From an uncultured Bacteroidales bacterium (GTDB lineage Bacteria > Bacteroidota > Bacteroidia > Bacteroidales > F082): a stretch of DNA of 64,000 nt. Shown in pieces: positions 48,801 to 56,830 of the stretch (position 1 is the stretch's first letter; every line of letters begins with the position of its first letter). The stretch is from contig CALAZZ010000227.1 in NCBI GenBank assembly GCA_937926515.1, forward strand, positions 6,464 through 70,463, given 5' to 3'. The notes under the pieces were generated by a model. The model saw only the letters and a program-made list of their open reading frames with translations, was not told where the DNA came from and searched no databases. A program made the position numbers and the translations under genes.

Positions 48801-50058
48801 AAATCATGAACATCTGACATGGTCAACTTCGGGAAGCGGTGAGTTTGAACAGATGCATATGCTTGAAACCACATATATACCCTCTGAAGAAGACTATGAA
48901 GCCGGTATGGTAGAAATTACGCTTATCGCTAGTGGCCCAGGCTATTGCGAGGACGTCTACTCATCATTTAATTTGGTGTTTAGCCCGGAACCAGAAATTG
49001 AAGTGGGGGCAGACATGGATGTTTGTAGCAACCAGCCAGTTATGCTAAATGCAATGGCAAGTAATTACGTAGAACTACTTTGGAGTTCAAGCGGATCAGG
49101 ATCATTTGAAGATGAAGGAAGCCTCGAAGCCATCTACCATCCTGGCCTGGATGATATCATGGCAGGAACAGTGAACATTTCGCTTACAGCCATTGGTGCA
49201 CAGGGTTGTCAGGAAGTTACAGACGAACTAACCGTATTTTTCATTCAGGCCCCATCAGTTGAGATAATGGGTGATACAGAAATATGTGAAGGAAACCAAG
49301 CCGAAGTTACATTGCAATTCTCAGGAACAGGACCATGGGAAGTAGATTTGGGTGAAGGATTTGATGAAATCACATCTGATGAGTCAACCTACCTATTATC
49401 CCTTGATCCAGATGAAACTTCCACTTACATCATCTATTCCCTTGCGGATGCCAGCGGTTGTGCTGTACATGATGCGGCAGAATTTACCATCAGTGTTTTA
49501 ACTGTGCCTCAAGCTCCTGCCATGCCTGTTGGGCCAGATGATGTGGACTATGTTGAAACAACAACGACATCCTATATAACTGATGAGGTGGAACTTGCAG
49601 ATGCTTATGTGTGGCAGCTAACACCGGAATCAGCCGGAGAAATTGTATCTGACGGAAAAGAAGTTGAAATTCAATGGAATACCGACTTTATTGGCCAGGC
49701 TGATCTCTCCGTGAGAGCAATCGGTGTTTGTGGGGAAAGCTTGAATTCCGAAGCCTTGAATATCACACTTAAAAACACCATTGGGCTGGATGAAATTGCA
49801 GGGATAAATCGTATTGCGATTTATCCAAATCCTTCGTCGGGCTTGGTCAATTTGGAATTTAACATCACTATAGCGCAAGAAATTGATATTGTGATTTCGA
49901 ACCAACTTGGACAAGTCGTTCATAAATTTACCAAAGAAACTGCTGTTGGGCCAATGTCCGAAACGATTGACTTGTCGCAATTGAATAACGGCATTTATCT
50001 CATTAATATCAGTGGGAATTCAGGCAGTGTAATTAAAAGGGTGATGATAAATAAATGA
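45886..50058 (+). CDS. Giant secreted S8 (subtilisin-like) serine peptidase carrying the same tail architecture as the C25 proteases plus a T9SS CTD (protease D)
   Basis: Signal MKNFFTFLIAVSLPFLLVA. Catalytic triad contexts VAVLDSGV (Asp), HGHGTHCAGTVAG (His), SGTSMATPGVAGVMAL (Ser). C-terminus IAIYPNPSSGLVNLEF...GIYLINISGNSGSVIKRVMINK. ATG 45886 is preferred over TTG 45841. Confidence 0.9.
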   Translation: MKNFFTFLIAVSLPFLLVANTSQFGSSVTADLQQEMQAVSASEQLRINIRLTQQYDLTEFESIRQYMTREQRRDYVVNELKAFASQTQSALLNELETFKNAGEVSQIQALWITNVINCYATPSVIEQLAQRPNINRIDIDEERILIDPIDVEEVGETQIREITYNVSIMNVPEVWEMGFTGEDVVVAVLDSGVNYNHNDLTNNMWEHPDFPFHGWNFTNNSNNPMDFHGHGTHCAGTVAGDGTSGSQTGMAPTAKIMALQVLTASGGGTESGVWAAIQFGVEYGADVLSLSLGWAHAWGPDRASWRSAMDNALAAGVVASVAVGNEGNQQGTYPIPSNIRTPGDCPAPWRHPDQPDTGTRSAVVSVGATNSSDVIANFSSRGPVTWQNISPYNDYEYNPGQGLILPDVVAPGVSVKSCSHTNISGYTTMSGTSMATPGVAGVMALILSKNPNVTPELMSQILEETALPLSSSKSNTYGSGRVDALEAIINTPFMGPIYSSHSINDEAGNNNGQINPSEFIKVNLALENNSEQSFSDVEAYVYNDSPYITMIDTIAFFGDFGPEETIELADAFSFQVADNIPGSHQLIFRLEATDGNDIWKSEFTALAAAPRLVIQNVTIDDSEGNNNGKLDPGENVIISIQTLNSGQVIATDPVASLESSSPFIYIQSDSQQLASIPPFGNETVSFELNVSEATPLAEPVLLTYTITTGAYIVDLELYLRVSELVEDFETGDFTQFEWLFSGAQPWTLVSTGTYEGAYSARSGNINHNQFSQMVLEVEVAQDDHIEFMYKVSSEPDYDFLRFYIGTNLMGEWSGTVDWQLARFPVSKGEHILSWVYVKDGGVSQGSDAAWVDYIVLPQPVTTTAFAGQDAIICVGQDFPTEAIIMNAVEILWETSGDGMFTEVDVENPIYMPGEMDIDNGMVELVVSIVGEDGAEKSDQMMLSIYPEVEAIAGDDKSICLGSVLLIDDAYAQNHEHLTWSTSGSGEFEQMHMLETTYIPSEEDYEAGMVEITLIASGPGYCEDVYSSFNLVFSPEPEIEVGADMDVCSNQPVMLNAMASNYVELLWSSSGSGSFEDEGSLEAIYHPGLDDIMAGTVNISLTAIGAQGCQEVTDELTVFFIQAPSVEIMGDTEICEGNQAEVTLQFSGTGPWEVDLGEGFDEITSDESTYLLSLDPDETSTYIIYSLADASGCAVHDAAEFTISVLTVPQAPAMPVGPDDVDYVETTTTSYITDEVELADAYVWQLTPESAGEIVSDGKEVEIQWNTDFIGQADLSVRAIGVCGESLNSEALNITLKNTIGLDEIAGINRIAIYPNPSSGLVNLEFNITIAQEIDIVISNQLGQVVHKFTKETAVGPMSETIDLSQLNNGIYLINISGNSGSVIKRVMINK

Positions 50059-50075
50059 TAATCAATAAATAATTG

Positions 50076-50109
50076 AAAGGGTGATCTGTCAGATCACCCT
50101 TTTTTTTTA
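50076..50109. terminator. Bidirectional rho-independent terminator between protease D (+) and the hydroxylase gene (-)
   Basis: The 12-bp stem aaagggtgatct / agatcacccttt is followed by T-runs. It overlaps the stop codon of the minus-strand gene. Confidence 0.75.
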
Positions 50110-51837
50110 TCCTATCAGCCTCAAACCCCTTTCAATTAACTTGGATAATTCAGCTTGTTGTTTGCTCAGATCATTAAGGTATGCTGTAATTTCTTTATAA
50201 AGAGATGTGTTTGTTTTACCAGTTGCGGATACTTCAGCTATTTCCAGTGGCAATAACCACTGGCCGGGAAAATCCTTTTTCAAAGTTGACCATATTGATG
50301 GCAGTCTGTCATATCCACTTTTTGATTCCCTGATCTTTCTGACCTCAGCATACAATTTATGCAGCCTGCGTTGCTCCTCAGAATAGTTGATCTTGTGAGT
50401 CTTCTCAGCAGGAACCGGAAACTTGAGGCCAAAGGCATTGGCATCGGCAGGTCCACTATATGTAGAAACAATTGACTCCCCAACGGCCATATCATATATG
50501 CCCCAACCAGGTTCAAACAACACTTGATCCTGATATCTGACTGTGCATTCAGCAAAGCTCAACAATAAAAGATTTCCTTCTTTCCATAAGGCAGACCTAT
50601 AAACTCCCTCAAGGGTGAGCCCCGACTCAAAAGTAAGTTGTGCCATTTTTCCTTCGATCATTCCAAGTGATTTCAAATCATCCTGATCTAAAAAACGTGG
50701 CGGCTTGCTTGTACCTCTGATTCTACCTACCGGCGATCCAAATCCATCCTTATGATAATCTTTACCATGTCCCAGAATCAGTTTATCAGCATAATTAAGT
50801 GTTACAGGTCCGGATGCTTTAAGATATACAACCTGATTCTGATGAAGCAAATAATCAGTGAATGTACCGGACACTTGCGTGCCTGAGCTAAAAACACAGG
50901 TTGCAGTATTTTTTGATTCGATGGCCTTAAGTACACCCTCGATGCCACCTATTCGTAGAGCCATATGGTTTGCAAATTCATCAAGCACTTTTGTTAATTG
51001 ACCAAAATCAGGTGTTACAAATAGCTGGGGTTGTTCAGTTGTAATATCAAAATTATAGTGAGCTGCATCCAGATTATATGGCAACTTTATCACTTTATCA
51101 CTCAACGCATTGGCACTTTCTCCAATGGACGACAACAAGCCTGCTCCATAGATCTGGGGATTGTCAAGTTCTCCGACAAGACCATATTCAACAGTCCACC
51201 AATGCAGGTTCCTAATAAGGGCCATTTCAGAAGGTATGCCAAGACTGGATTCTTTGCTGGCCAGCTCCTGCTCTGCGTTTTCGATATCAGCGGCTGGTGT
51301 ATTGGGATCAGCTTTCAAAATTGACAAATGTCTTATGGCCTCATAAAGCTCATAATCAGCGGCTGATGAAAATGCCCTACATCCAATTTCACCAAAATAA
51401 CGCAGGTATTCTGCATATTCAGGATCGGCAATGATGGGTGCATGACCGGCCGCTTCATGAATGATATCGGGTGCCGGTGTATAACTGATCTGGTTAATAG
51501 GCCTTATATCTGCAGCGATGACTAGCACATTATAAGCTTGAAACTCCATAAATGCAGCCGGAGGGATAAAACCATCAACTGTAACAGCTGCCCACCCTAT
51601 CTTTTCCAGTATCCTGTTCATCTCAGTTGTATCAGGTATTTTATCAATACTGATGCCTGTTTTGGTTAGCCCTTCCATATAGCTGTGGTGTGCTTTATCC
51701 TTTAAAAATGCAAGATTTTGCCGCATCACAAATCGCCAGACAGCATGGTCCTGCCAGGTGTACTCATCATATGGCTGTTCCACAATTAGCTCCAATAGAT
51801 GCTTAGGTAAACGTTCCAATACCTTATTTATCCGCAT
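50107..51837 (-). CDS. Long-form aromatic amino acid hydroxylase (phenylalanine-4-hydroxylase-like catalytic domain plus ~270-aa C-terminal extension)
   Basis: 576 aa. Iron-ligand context PAPDIIHEAAGHAPI (His-x4-His) and LHWWTVEYGLVG...IYGAGLLSSIGES parallel the PAH motifs (H..GH; WFTVEFGL; YGAGLLSS). Residues ~300-576 have no family that I recognise. Confidence 0.8.
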   Translation of the reverse strand: MRINKVLERLPKHLLELIVEQPYDEYTWQDHAVWRFVMRQNLAFLKDKAHHSYMEGLTKTGISIDKIPDTTEMNRILEKIGWAAVTVDGFIPPAAFMEFQAYNVLVIAADIRPINQISYTPAPDIIHEAAGHAPIIADPEYAEYLRYFGEIGCRAFSSAADYELYEAIRHLSILKADPNTPAADIENAEQELASKESSLGIPSEMALIRNLHWWTVEYGLVGELDNPQIYGAGLLSSIGESANALSDKVIKLPYNLDAAHYNFDITTEQPQLFVTPDFGQLTKVLDEFANHMALRIGGIEGVLKAIESKNTATCVFSSGTQVSGTFTDYLLHQNQVVYLKASGPVTLNYADKLILGHGKDYHKDGFGSPVGRIRGTSKPPRFLDQDDLKSLGMIEGKMAQLTFESGLTLEGVYRSALWKEGNLLLLSFAECTVRYQDQVLFEPGWGIYDMAVGESIVSTYSGPADANAFGLKFPVPAEKTHKINYSEEQRRLHKLYAEVRKIRESKSGYDRLPSIWSTLKKDFPGQWLLPLEIAEVSATGKTNTSLYKEITAYLNDLSKQQAELSKLIERGLRLIG

Positions 51838-51868
51838 AATACATTATTTAGAATGGTTTTGAATAAGC

Positions 51869-51876
51869 CAAAAATA
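51869..51876 (-). promoter_or_regulatory. Candidate -7 promoter element (TATTTTTG on the minus strand) for the hydroxylase gene
   Basis: The plus strand reads caaaaata, which is TAnnTTTG on the minus strand, 32 nt upstream of the ATG at 51837. Confidence 0.3.
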
Positions 51877-52026
51877 AACAAATCAATTGAACATTCAACC
51901 TTCTACAGCTCTATTTCATTTATTTAACAATCGTGTTCAGCTGCTATTAATCAGCTTGAGATATTTTTTGAATTTCAAAAAGAATAAGGAAAAAAGAATG
52001 AATGTGAAAATTGCACCATTCCCCGA

Positions 52027-52674
52027 TCAATCATTACCAAGCTCCTTGAGCAAAGGCACAAAGCGAAACGTACCATGTTGTTCAGTGACCATTTCACCAG
52101 TATCATTCTTAATCATTCGGAGCATATGCTGAATGTCGTCCTGCCCCAGGGGCACCACCATCACACCTCCGGGTTTAAGCTGGTCAGTAAGGCTTTGCGG
52201 AATATCCGGGGATGCAGCTGTAATTAAGATACGATCAAAAGGCGCATAAGCAGGAAGGCCTTTGGTTCCATCTCCAAGAAATACATTAATATTGTATGAA
52301 AGTCCTTGCAAAAATTCCCTGGTACGGATGAAAAGTTTTCGCTGGCGTTCAATTGAAAACACCTTGGCCCCCATTTCTGCAAGTACACATGCCTGGTATC
52401 CTGATCCAGTTCCTATCTCAAGTACTTTCATACCTTTTTTAACCTTAAGTAATTCGGTTTGAAAGGCAACGGTATATGGTTGGGAAATGGTTTGCCCTGA
52501 TCCAATCGGAAAAGGTTTATCCTGATATGCATATTCAAGGAAAGAAGAGTCGAGGAACAAATGGCGTGGAATTTTTTCGATGGCATCCAGCACAGCTTTG
52601 TCTTTTATTCCTTTTTGTTTTATTCCTTCAACAAGTTTTTTCCTTAATCCTTTGTGTCTGTAGTTGTCTTCCAT
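52027..52674 (-). CDS. pcm: Protein-L-isoaspartate O-methyltransferase
   Basis: 215 aa. GSGQTISQPYTVAFQTELL and the SAM-binding VLEIGTGSGYQACVLAEMG motif. Confidence 0.92.
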   Translation of the reverse strand: MEDNYRHKGLRKKLVEGIKQKGIKDKAVLDAIEKIPRHLFLDSSFLEYAYQDKPFPIGSGQTISQPYTVAFQTELLKVKKGMKVLEIGTGSGYQACVLAEMGAKVFSIERQRKLFIRTREFLQGLSYNINVFLGDGTKGLPAYAPFDRILITAASPDIPQSLTDQLKPGGVMVVPLGQDDIQHMLRMIKNDTGEMVTEQHGTFRFVPLLKELGND

Positions 52675-52790
52675 TCGTTACCAGTTACACTTTGATCCCG
52701 CTTTATTCATCATTTCAAAATTAATGCCCGGCATGCGAAATTAGCAAATTCAGCAGCACAAAATTGGCTACATTTGCACAAAAAATCACT

Positions 52791-53777
52791 ATGCTCAAAA
52801 TTGGTGTTCTTGGCGCCGGCCACCTGGGAAAGATTCATCTGAAATGCATCAAACAAATACCCGAATATGTAATTGCTGGTTTTTACGATATTGATCCGGA
52901 AACTGTTAGACATGTAGCCGATGAGTTTGGCATTCATGCATTTGACAGTATTGATTCCTTGATTGAGGAGGTAGATGTTGTGGATATTGTAACACCCACA
53001 GTATCGCACTTTTCGTGTGCTTCCCAAGCATTACGCAAATTTAAACATGTTTTCATCGAAAAGCCGGTTGTAGCGACGCCCGCTGAGGCACACACCTTAA
53101 TGGAATTGGCAAAGGAAGCCCAGGTGAAAGTTCAGGTAGGTCATGTTGAGCGTTTTAATCCGGCATTTGTAGCAGCAAAACCGCATATCAGCAACCCTAT
53201 GTTTATTGAAACGCACAGGCTTGCCATGTTTAACCCCCGCGGCACTGACGTACCTGTGATTTTGGATCTGATGGTGCATGATATTGATATTGTACTTAGC
53301 CTGGTTCGATCGTCAATACGAAACATAAGTGCCAGTGGAGTGGCGGTTGTAAGTGATACAGCTGACATTACGAATGCCCGTATTGCTTTTACAAATGGCT
53401 GTGTTGCAAACCTCACAGCCAGTCGCATTTCGATGAAAAATATGCGCAAGTCAAGATTCTTTCAGCGAAATGCCTACATCAGTGTCGACTTTCTTGAAAA
53501 AAAATCTGAGGTTGTAAGCATGAAAAGTATTGACAAGGAACCAGATGATCCCATGGCCATGGTTCTTGATCTGGGTGACGGCAAGGGGATGAAACAAATA
53601 CTTTTCGAGCATCCTGAAATTATTCCATCAAACGCTATCCAGTCTGAGTTGGAAAGTTTTTACCACGCCATTGTCAATAACCAAACACCACCAATTACCA
53701 TCGAAGATGGATACCAGGTGCTTGATGTGGCATACCAAATTTTGGACAAAGTGAATTCCGCTACTTCCCGTATCTAA
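52791..53777 (+). CDS. Gfo/Idh/MocA family NAD(P)-dependent oxidoreductase
   Basis: MLKIGVLGAGHLGKIHLKCI Rossmann start, and EKPVVATPAEAHTLMELAKE typical of the family. ATG 52791 is preferred over the upstream TTG 52764. Confidence 0.85.
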   Translation: MLKIGVLGAGHLGKIHLKCIKQIPEYVIAGFYDIDPETVRHVADEFGIHAFDSIDSLIEEVDVVDIVTPTVSHFSCASQALRKFKHVFIEKPVVATPAEAHTLMELAKEAQVKVQVGHVERFNPAFVAAKPHISNPMFIETHRLAMFNPRGTDVPVILDLMVHDIDIVLSLVRSSIRNISASGVAVVSDTADITNARIAFTNGCVANLTASRISMKNMRKSRFFQRNAYISVDFLEKKSEVVSMKSIDKEPDDPMAMVLDLGDGKGMKQILFEHPEIIPSNAIQSELESFYHAIVNNQTPPITIEDGYQVLDVAYQILDKVNSATSRI

Positions 53778-53807
53778 TATTTACTAACAATAGGCAATAA
53801 GCACCAG

Positions 53808-54746
53808 ATGAGATTCGTTTTGCTTAAAACCCTAAGAACCCAATACCGATTTATGTTGCTGCAAAGCGTCTTTACGCCTGGTGCCCTTTATTTGTTCTCG
53901 GCTTTAATGTTACTATCTTCTTGCCGAAAATTCGAAGGTGAACAAACCATACCGGCATATCTACGGATTGACACCATCACAAAACATACTGACTACTTCA
54001 CTTATGGCAGCAGCACCCATAATATCACCGATGCCTGGGTGTATGTCAACGATCAGTTAATTGGTGCCTTTGAGTTACCTGCTGCATTTCCTGTGCTTGC
54101 AACCGGTATGAACAAGGTTGAGATAAGACCGGGAATTAAGCTTAATGGGATATCTGCAACCAGGGTTAACTATCCATTCTACAAACCATATATTGTATCG
54201 GATTTTGGTTTTGTTGAAGATAGTGTTAGCTTGCTAAGCCCAACTACCGACTATATTGAAACAACCAAAATTCCTTGGTTGGAGGATTTCGAAAACGTGA
54301 GCATTACGCTTGAAAAAACAAACCAAAGTGACACTTCCATTGTCAAAACACAACCCATCAATAATCCAGATGCATTACTTTCGGAGTTTTCTGCACATTC
54401 CGGTTTTATTCATCTAACTGGTAATAACAGCACATTCGAGGTCGCCACAGGTGAGAGTTTTGCCTTGCCCGGACAGGGAAATCCTGTTTTTCTAGAAATT
54501 GACTATAAATGTGATAAACCATTTCGAGTGGGACTTTTCGTTGACGAGAATGCCACTATTACCTCATATCCCTTGCTTATAGTAAATAAAAGCGCAATTT
54601 GGAATAAGATATATATAAATCTGGCTCCAACTATTTCTCAATTTGGAAATGCTGCCCGTTATAAAATCTTCTTCTCCGGTTCGCTGGACGACACAGATGA
54701 AGAAGCAAAATTCTTTTTTGACAACATTAAACTGGTTCACCGATAG
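53808..54746 (+). CDS. Hypothetical lipoprotein
   Basis: 312 aa. Hydrophobic N-terminus ending in ALMLLSSC (lipobox-like Cys). No recognised family. It lies 12 nt upstream of the sugar transferase gene. Confidence 0.55.
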   Translation: MRFVLLKTLRTQYRFMLLQSVFTPGALYLFSALMLLSSCRKFEGEQTIPAYLRIDTITKHTDYFTYGSSTHNITDAWVYVNDQLIGAFELPAAFPVLATGMNKVEIRPGIKLNGISATRVNYPFYKPYIVSDFGFVEDSVSLLSPTTDYIETTKIPWLEDFENVSITLEKTNQSDTSIVKTQPINNPDALLSEFSAHSGFIHLTGNNSTFEVATGESFALPGQGNPVFLEIDYKCDKPFRVGLFVDENATITSYPLLIVNKSAIWNKIYINLAPTISQFGNAARYKIFFSGSLDDTDEEAKFFFDNIKLVHR

Positions 54747-54758
54747 TAAAATATTTGC

Positions 54759-56174
54759 ATGAATACACGTTTACAAGTAGCTAAATATGTGATTCTTGAT
54801 TGGCTGGCTGCCTTCACAGCCTGGGCTTTGTTTTATGTTTTTCGTAAGCAGTCAGAGGATCCATATTTCCATGAATACTTCGAAATTATTTTCGATGATC
54901 CAAACTTCTGGCTTGGAATATGTTTTATTCCTTTGGGCTGGTTGCTTCTTTATGCCATGGTTGGCACCTATCGAAAAATATACCGTAAAGCCCGCCTGAA
55001 AGAACTTGGACAAACATTTATCCTCACTCTAATCGGGGTTACCATCATCTTTTTTGTAGCCATCCTTGATGATGTAATCATCACATACAAAAGCTATTAC
55101 CAGTCATTCCTTGTGCTTTTCTCACTGCATTTTTTGCTCACATATGCCGGCAGGCTTGCACTTACCTCGGTCACGGTTCGTAAAATTCATAATAAACAAA
55201 TAGGGTTCAACACGGTCATTGTGGGAAGCAACGGAAATGCAATGGCAATTTACAATGAAATTGAGAACCAGGAGAAGTCCGCAGGGAATATTTTTGTTGG
55301 TTTTGTAAGTGTATATGACAAAGACAACTATAAGATCGGTAAGATACTTCCTCACCTCGGTAATTTTGAAAACCTGAAAACAATTGTCGAAGAAAATAGA
55401 ATTGAGGAAGTGATCATAGCTATCGAAAGGTCAGAGACTGATACCATAGATAGGATCATCGCTAAACTGGAGGACACCGCTGTGGTCATCAAGATCATAC
55501 CCATCATGCAGGACATCTTGTTTGGCTCAGTAAAATTATCAGGTATCTGGCATGCACCTCTTATTCAGATTTCACCTGACCTGATGCCACCGTGGCAACA
55601 ATCCATTAAAAGGACCATTGATGTTGTGGTATCCATCATCGCGATGATCATGCTCATACCGCTTTATATTTTCACAGCTGTAGGTGTCATGCTTTCATCC
55701 AAAGGGCCTATTTTATACTCCCAGGAGCGTGTCGGAATCCGTGGCAGACCTTTCAAAATGCATAAATTCAGAAGCATGTATGCTGATGCAGAGAAAACCG
55801 GTCCACAGTTATCAAGTGAGGATGATCCTCGGATCACACCGTTTGGAAAATTCATACGTAAAGTACGCTTAGACGAAATACCCCAGTTCTACACTGTTCT
55901 GAAAGGCGATATGTCGTTGGTGGGACCACGGCCAGAGCGACAATATTATATTGACCAGATTGTGAAACGAGCTCCTCACTACAGGCTTCTTCTCAAGGTA
56001 AAGCCCGGTATAACGTCCTGGGGGCAAGTAAAATTCGGGTATGCTTCCAATGTGGATGAAATGATCGAACGGTTGAAATATGATATACTCTATATTGAAA
56101 ACATGTCCATTGCAATGGACCTGAAAATTTTGATCAATACAATACTTATTGTGTTGCAAGGCAGGGGAAAATAA
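54759..56174 (+). CDS. Polyprenyl-phosphate glycosyl-1-phosphate transferase (bacterial sugar transferase, WbaP/WcaJ-like initiating enzyme)
   Basis: 471 aa. N-terminal TM helices. C-terminal catalytic domain KRTIDVVVSIIAMIMLIPL...GPILYSQERVGIRGRPFKMHKFRSM...DPRITPFGKFIRKVRLDEIPQFYTVLKGDMSLVGPRPE. Confidence 0.9.
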   Translation: MNTRLQVAKYVILDWLAAFTAWALFYVFRKQSEDPYFHEYFEIIFDDPNFWLGICFIPLGWLLLYAMVGTYRKIYRKARLKELGQTFILTLIGVTIIFFVAILDDVIITYKSYYQSFLVLFSLHFLLTYAGRLALTSVTVRKIHNKQIGFNTVIVGSNGNAMAIYNEIENQEKSAGNIFVGFVSVYDKDNYKIGKILPHLGNFENLKTIVEENRIEEVIIAIERSETDTIDRIIAKLEDTAVVIKIIPIMQDILFGSVKLSGIWHAPLIQISPDLMPPWQQSIKRTIDVVVSIIAMIMLIPLYIFTAVGVMLSSKGPILYSQERVGIRGRPFKMHKFRSMYADAEKTGPQLSSEDDPRITPFGKFIRKVRLDEIPQFYTVLKGDMSLVGPRPERQYYIDQIVKRAPHYRLLLKVKPGITSWGQVKFGYASNVDEMIERLKYDILYIENMSIAMDLKILINTILIVLQGRGK

Positions 56175-56183
56175 TATTACTTA

Positions 56184-56783
56184 TCAGATTTGACCTCTTT
56201 CGATGAGCTGAACAATTTGTTCAATCAGCTGATCTTCTCCTTCAGGATCGTACCTGTCTTTTAGATTAAAGCCCCAGATCCGGGCAAACGCCTGATAAAA
56301 GAATGCCCTGAATGATCCACGTAACTCTTTAACAAGCTCATAAGATGTTTCGCCTGTTTCACGATCAATTAGTTTCAATAATATTTTACCTTGTGTAAAT
56401 GTAAGGTTCTTCAGGTCAGGGCCAAACTGATCATTTATTTCCTGCTCCGCTTGTTTCATAATCTGTCGTCGTTCGCGATCGGTTTCAGCAGCTAAAAGTA
56501 TATCTTCATATTCACGAAGTTTGATGCCTGCAAGTTTTGCATATGGGTATACTTTCTTAACATGGCTGATGGTTCTGGTCATACGTCTTTGTTCGCGGCG
56601 GCTCTCAGGCCACACCAAAGCAAATACTGAAACCTCTGGCAAATCAACCATAAGCAATGTGTCCCCATCTTCCACGTAGCCTGCCACTACAATCAAACTA
56701 TCAGGGATATATGGCTCTTGCCCAAGGACAGGCCAGCTTGAAATAAAAAGTATGGTTGATAGAATAGTTACCAAGCGTTTCAT
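56184..56783 (-). CDS. DUF4294 family protein (secreted)
   Basis: MKRLVTILSTILFISSWPVLG signal. The conserved region VKKVYPYAKLAGIKLREYE...LTFTQGKILLKLIDRETGETSYELVKELRGSFRAFFYQAFARIWGFNLK resembles the Bacteroidota-specific DUF4294. Family name is from memory. Confidence 0.65.
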   Translation of the reverse strand: MKRLVTILSTILFISSWPVLGQEPYIPDSLIVVAGYVEDGDTLLMVDLPEVSVFALVWPESRREQRRMTRTISHVKKVYPYAKLAGIKLREYEDILLAAETDRERRQIMKQAEQEINDQFGPDLKNLTFTQGKILLKLIDRETGETSYELVKELRGSFRAFFYQAFARIWGFNLKDRYDPEGEDQLIEQIVQLIERGQI

Positions 56784-56830
56784 ATCTGACAGAATTTCCA
56801 ACAATTATGCCAAACCAGTAGCGATAGAGA

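Noticed and set aside
31612-50106. The idea that the protease island is a horizontally acquired mobile genomic island.
   Set aside because: I saw no integrase or transposase, no flanking direct repeats, and no tRNA at either boundary. The paralogs share ancient (synonymously saturated) similarity, which points to in-situ duplication and module shuffling. Compositional tests were not run, so this remains only disfavoured and not excluded.
51887-52132. 81-aa plus-strand ORF spanning the hydroxylase/pcm intergenic region and the 3' end of pcm.
   Set aside because: It overlaps the well-supported pcm gene in antisense and has an Ile/Leu/Phe/Asn-rich, low-complexity translation. The region is better explained as the hydroxylase promoter plus the pcm terminator region.
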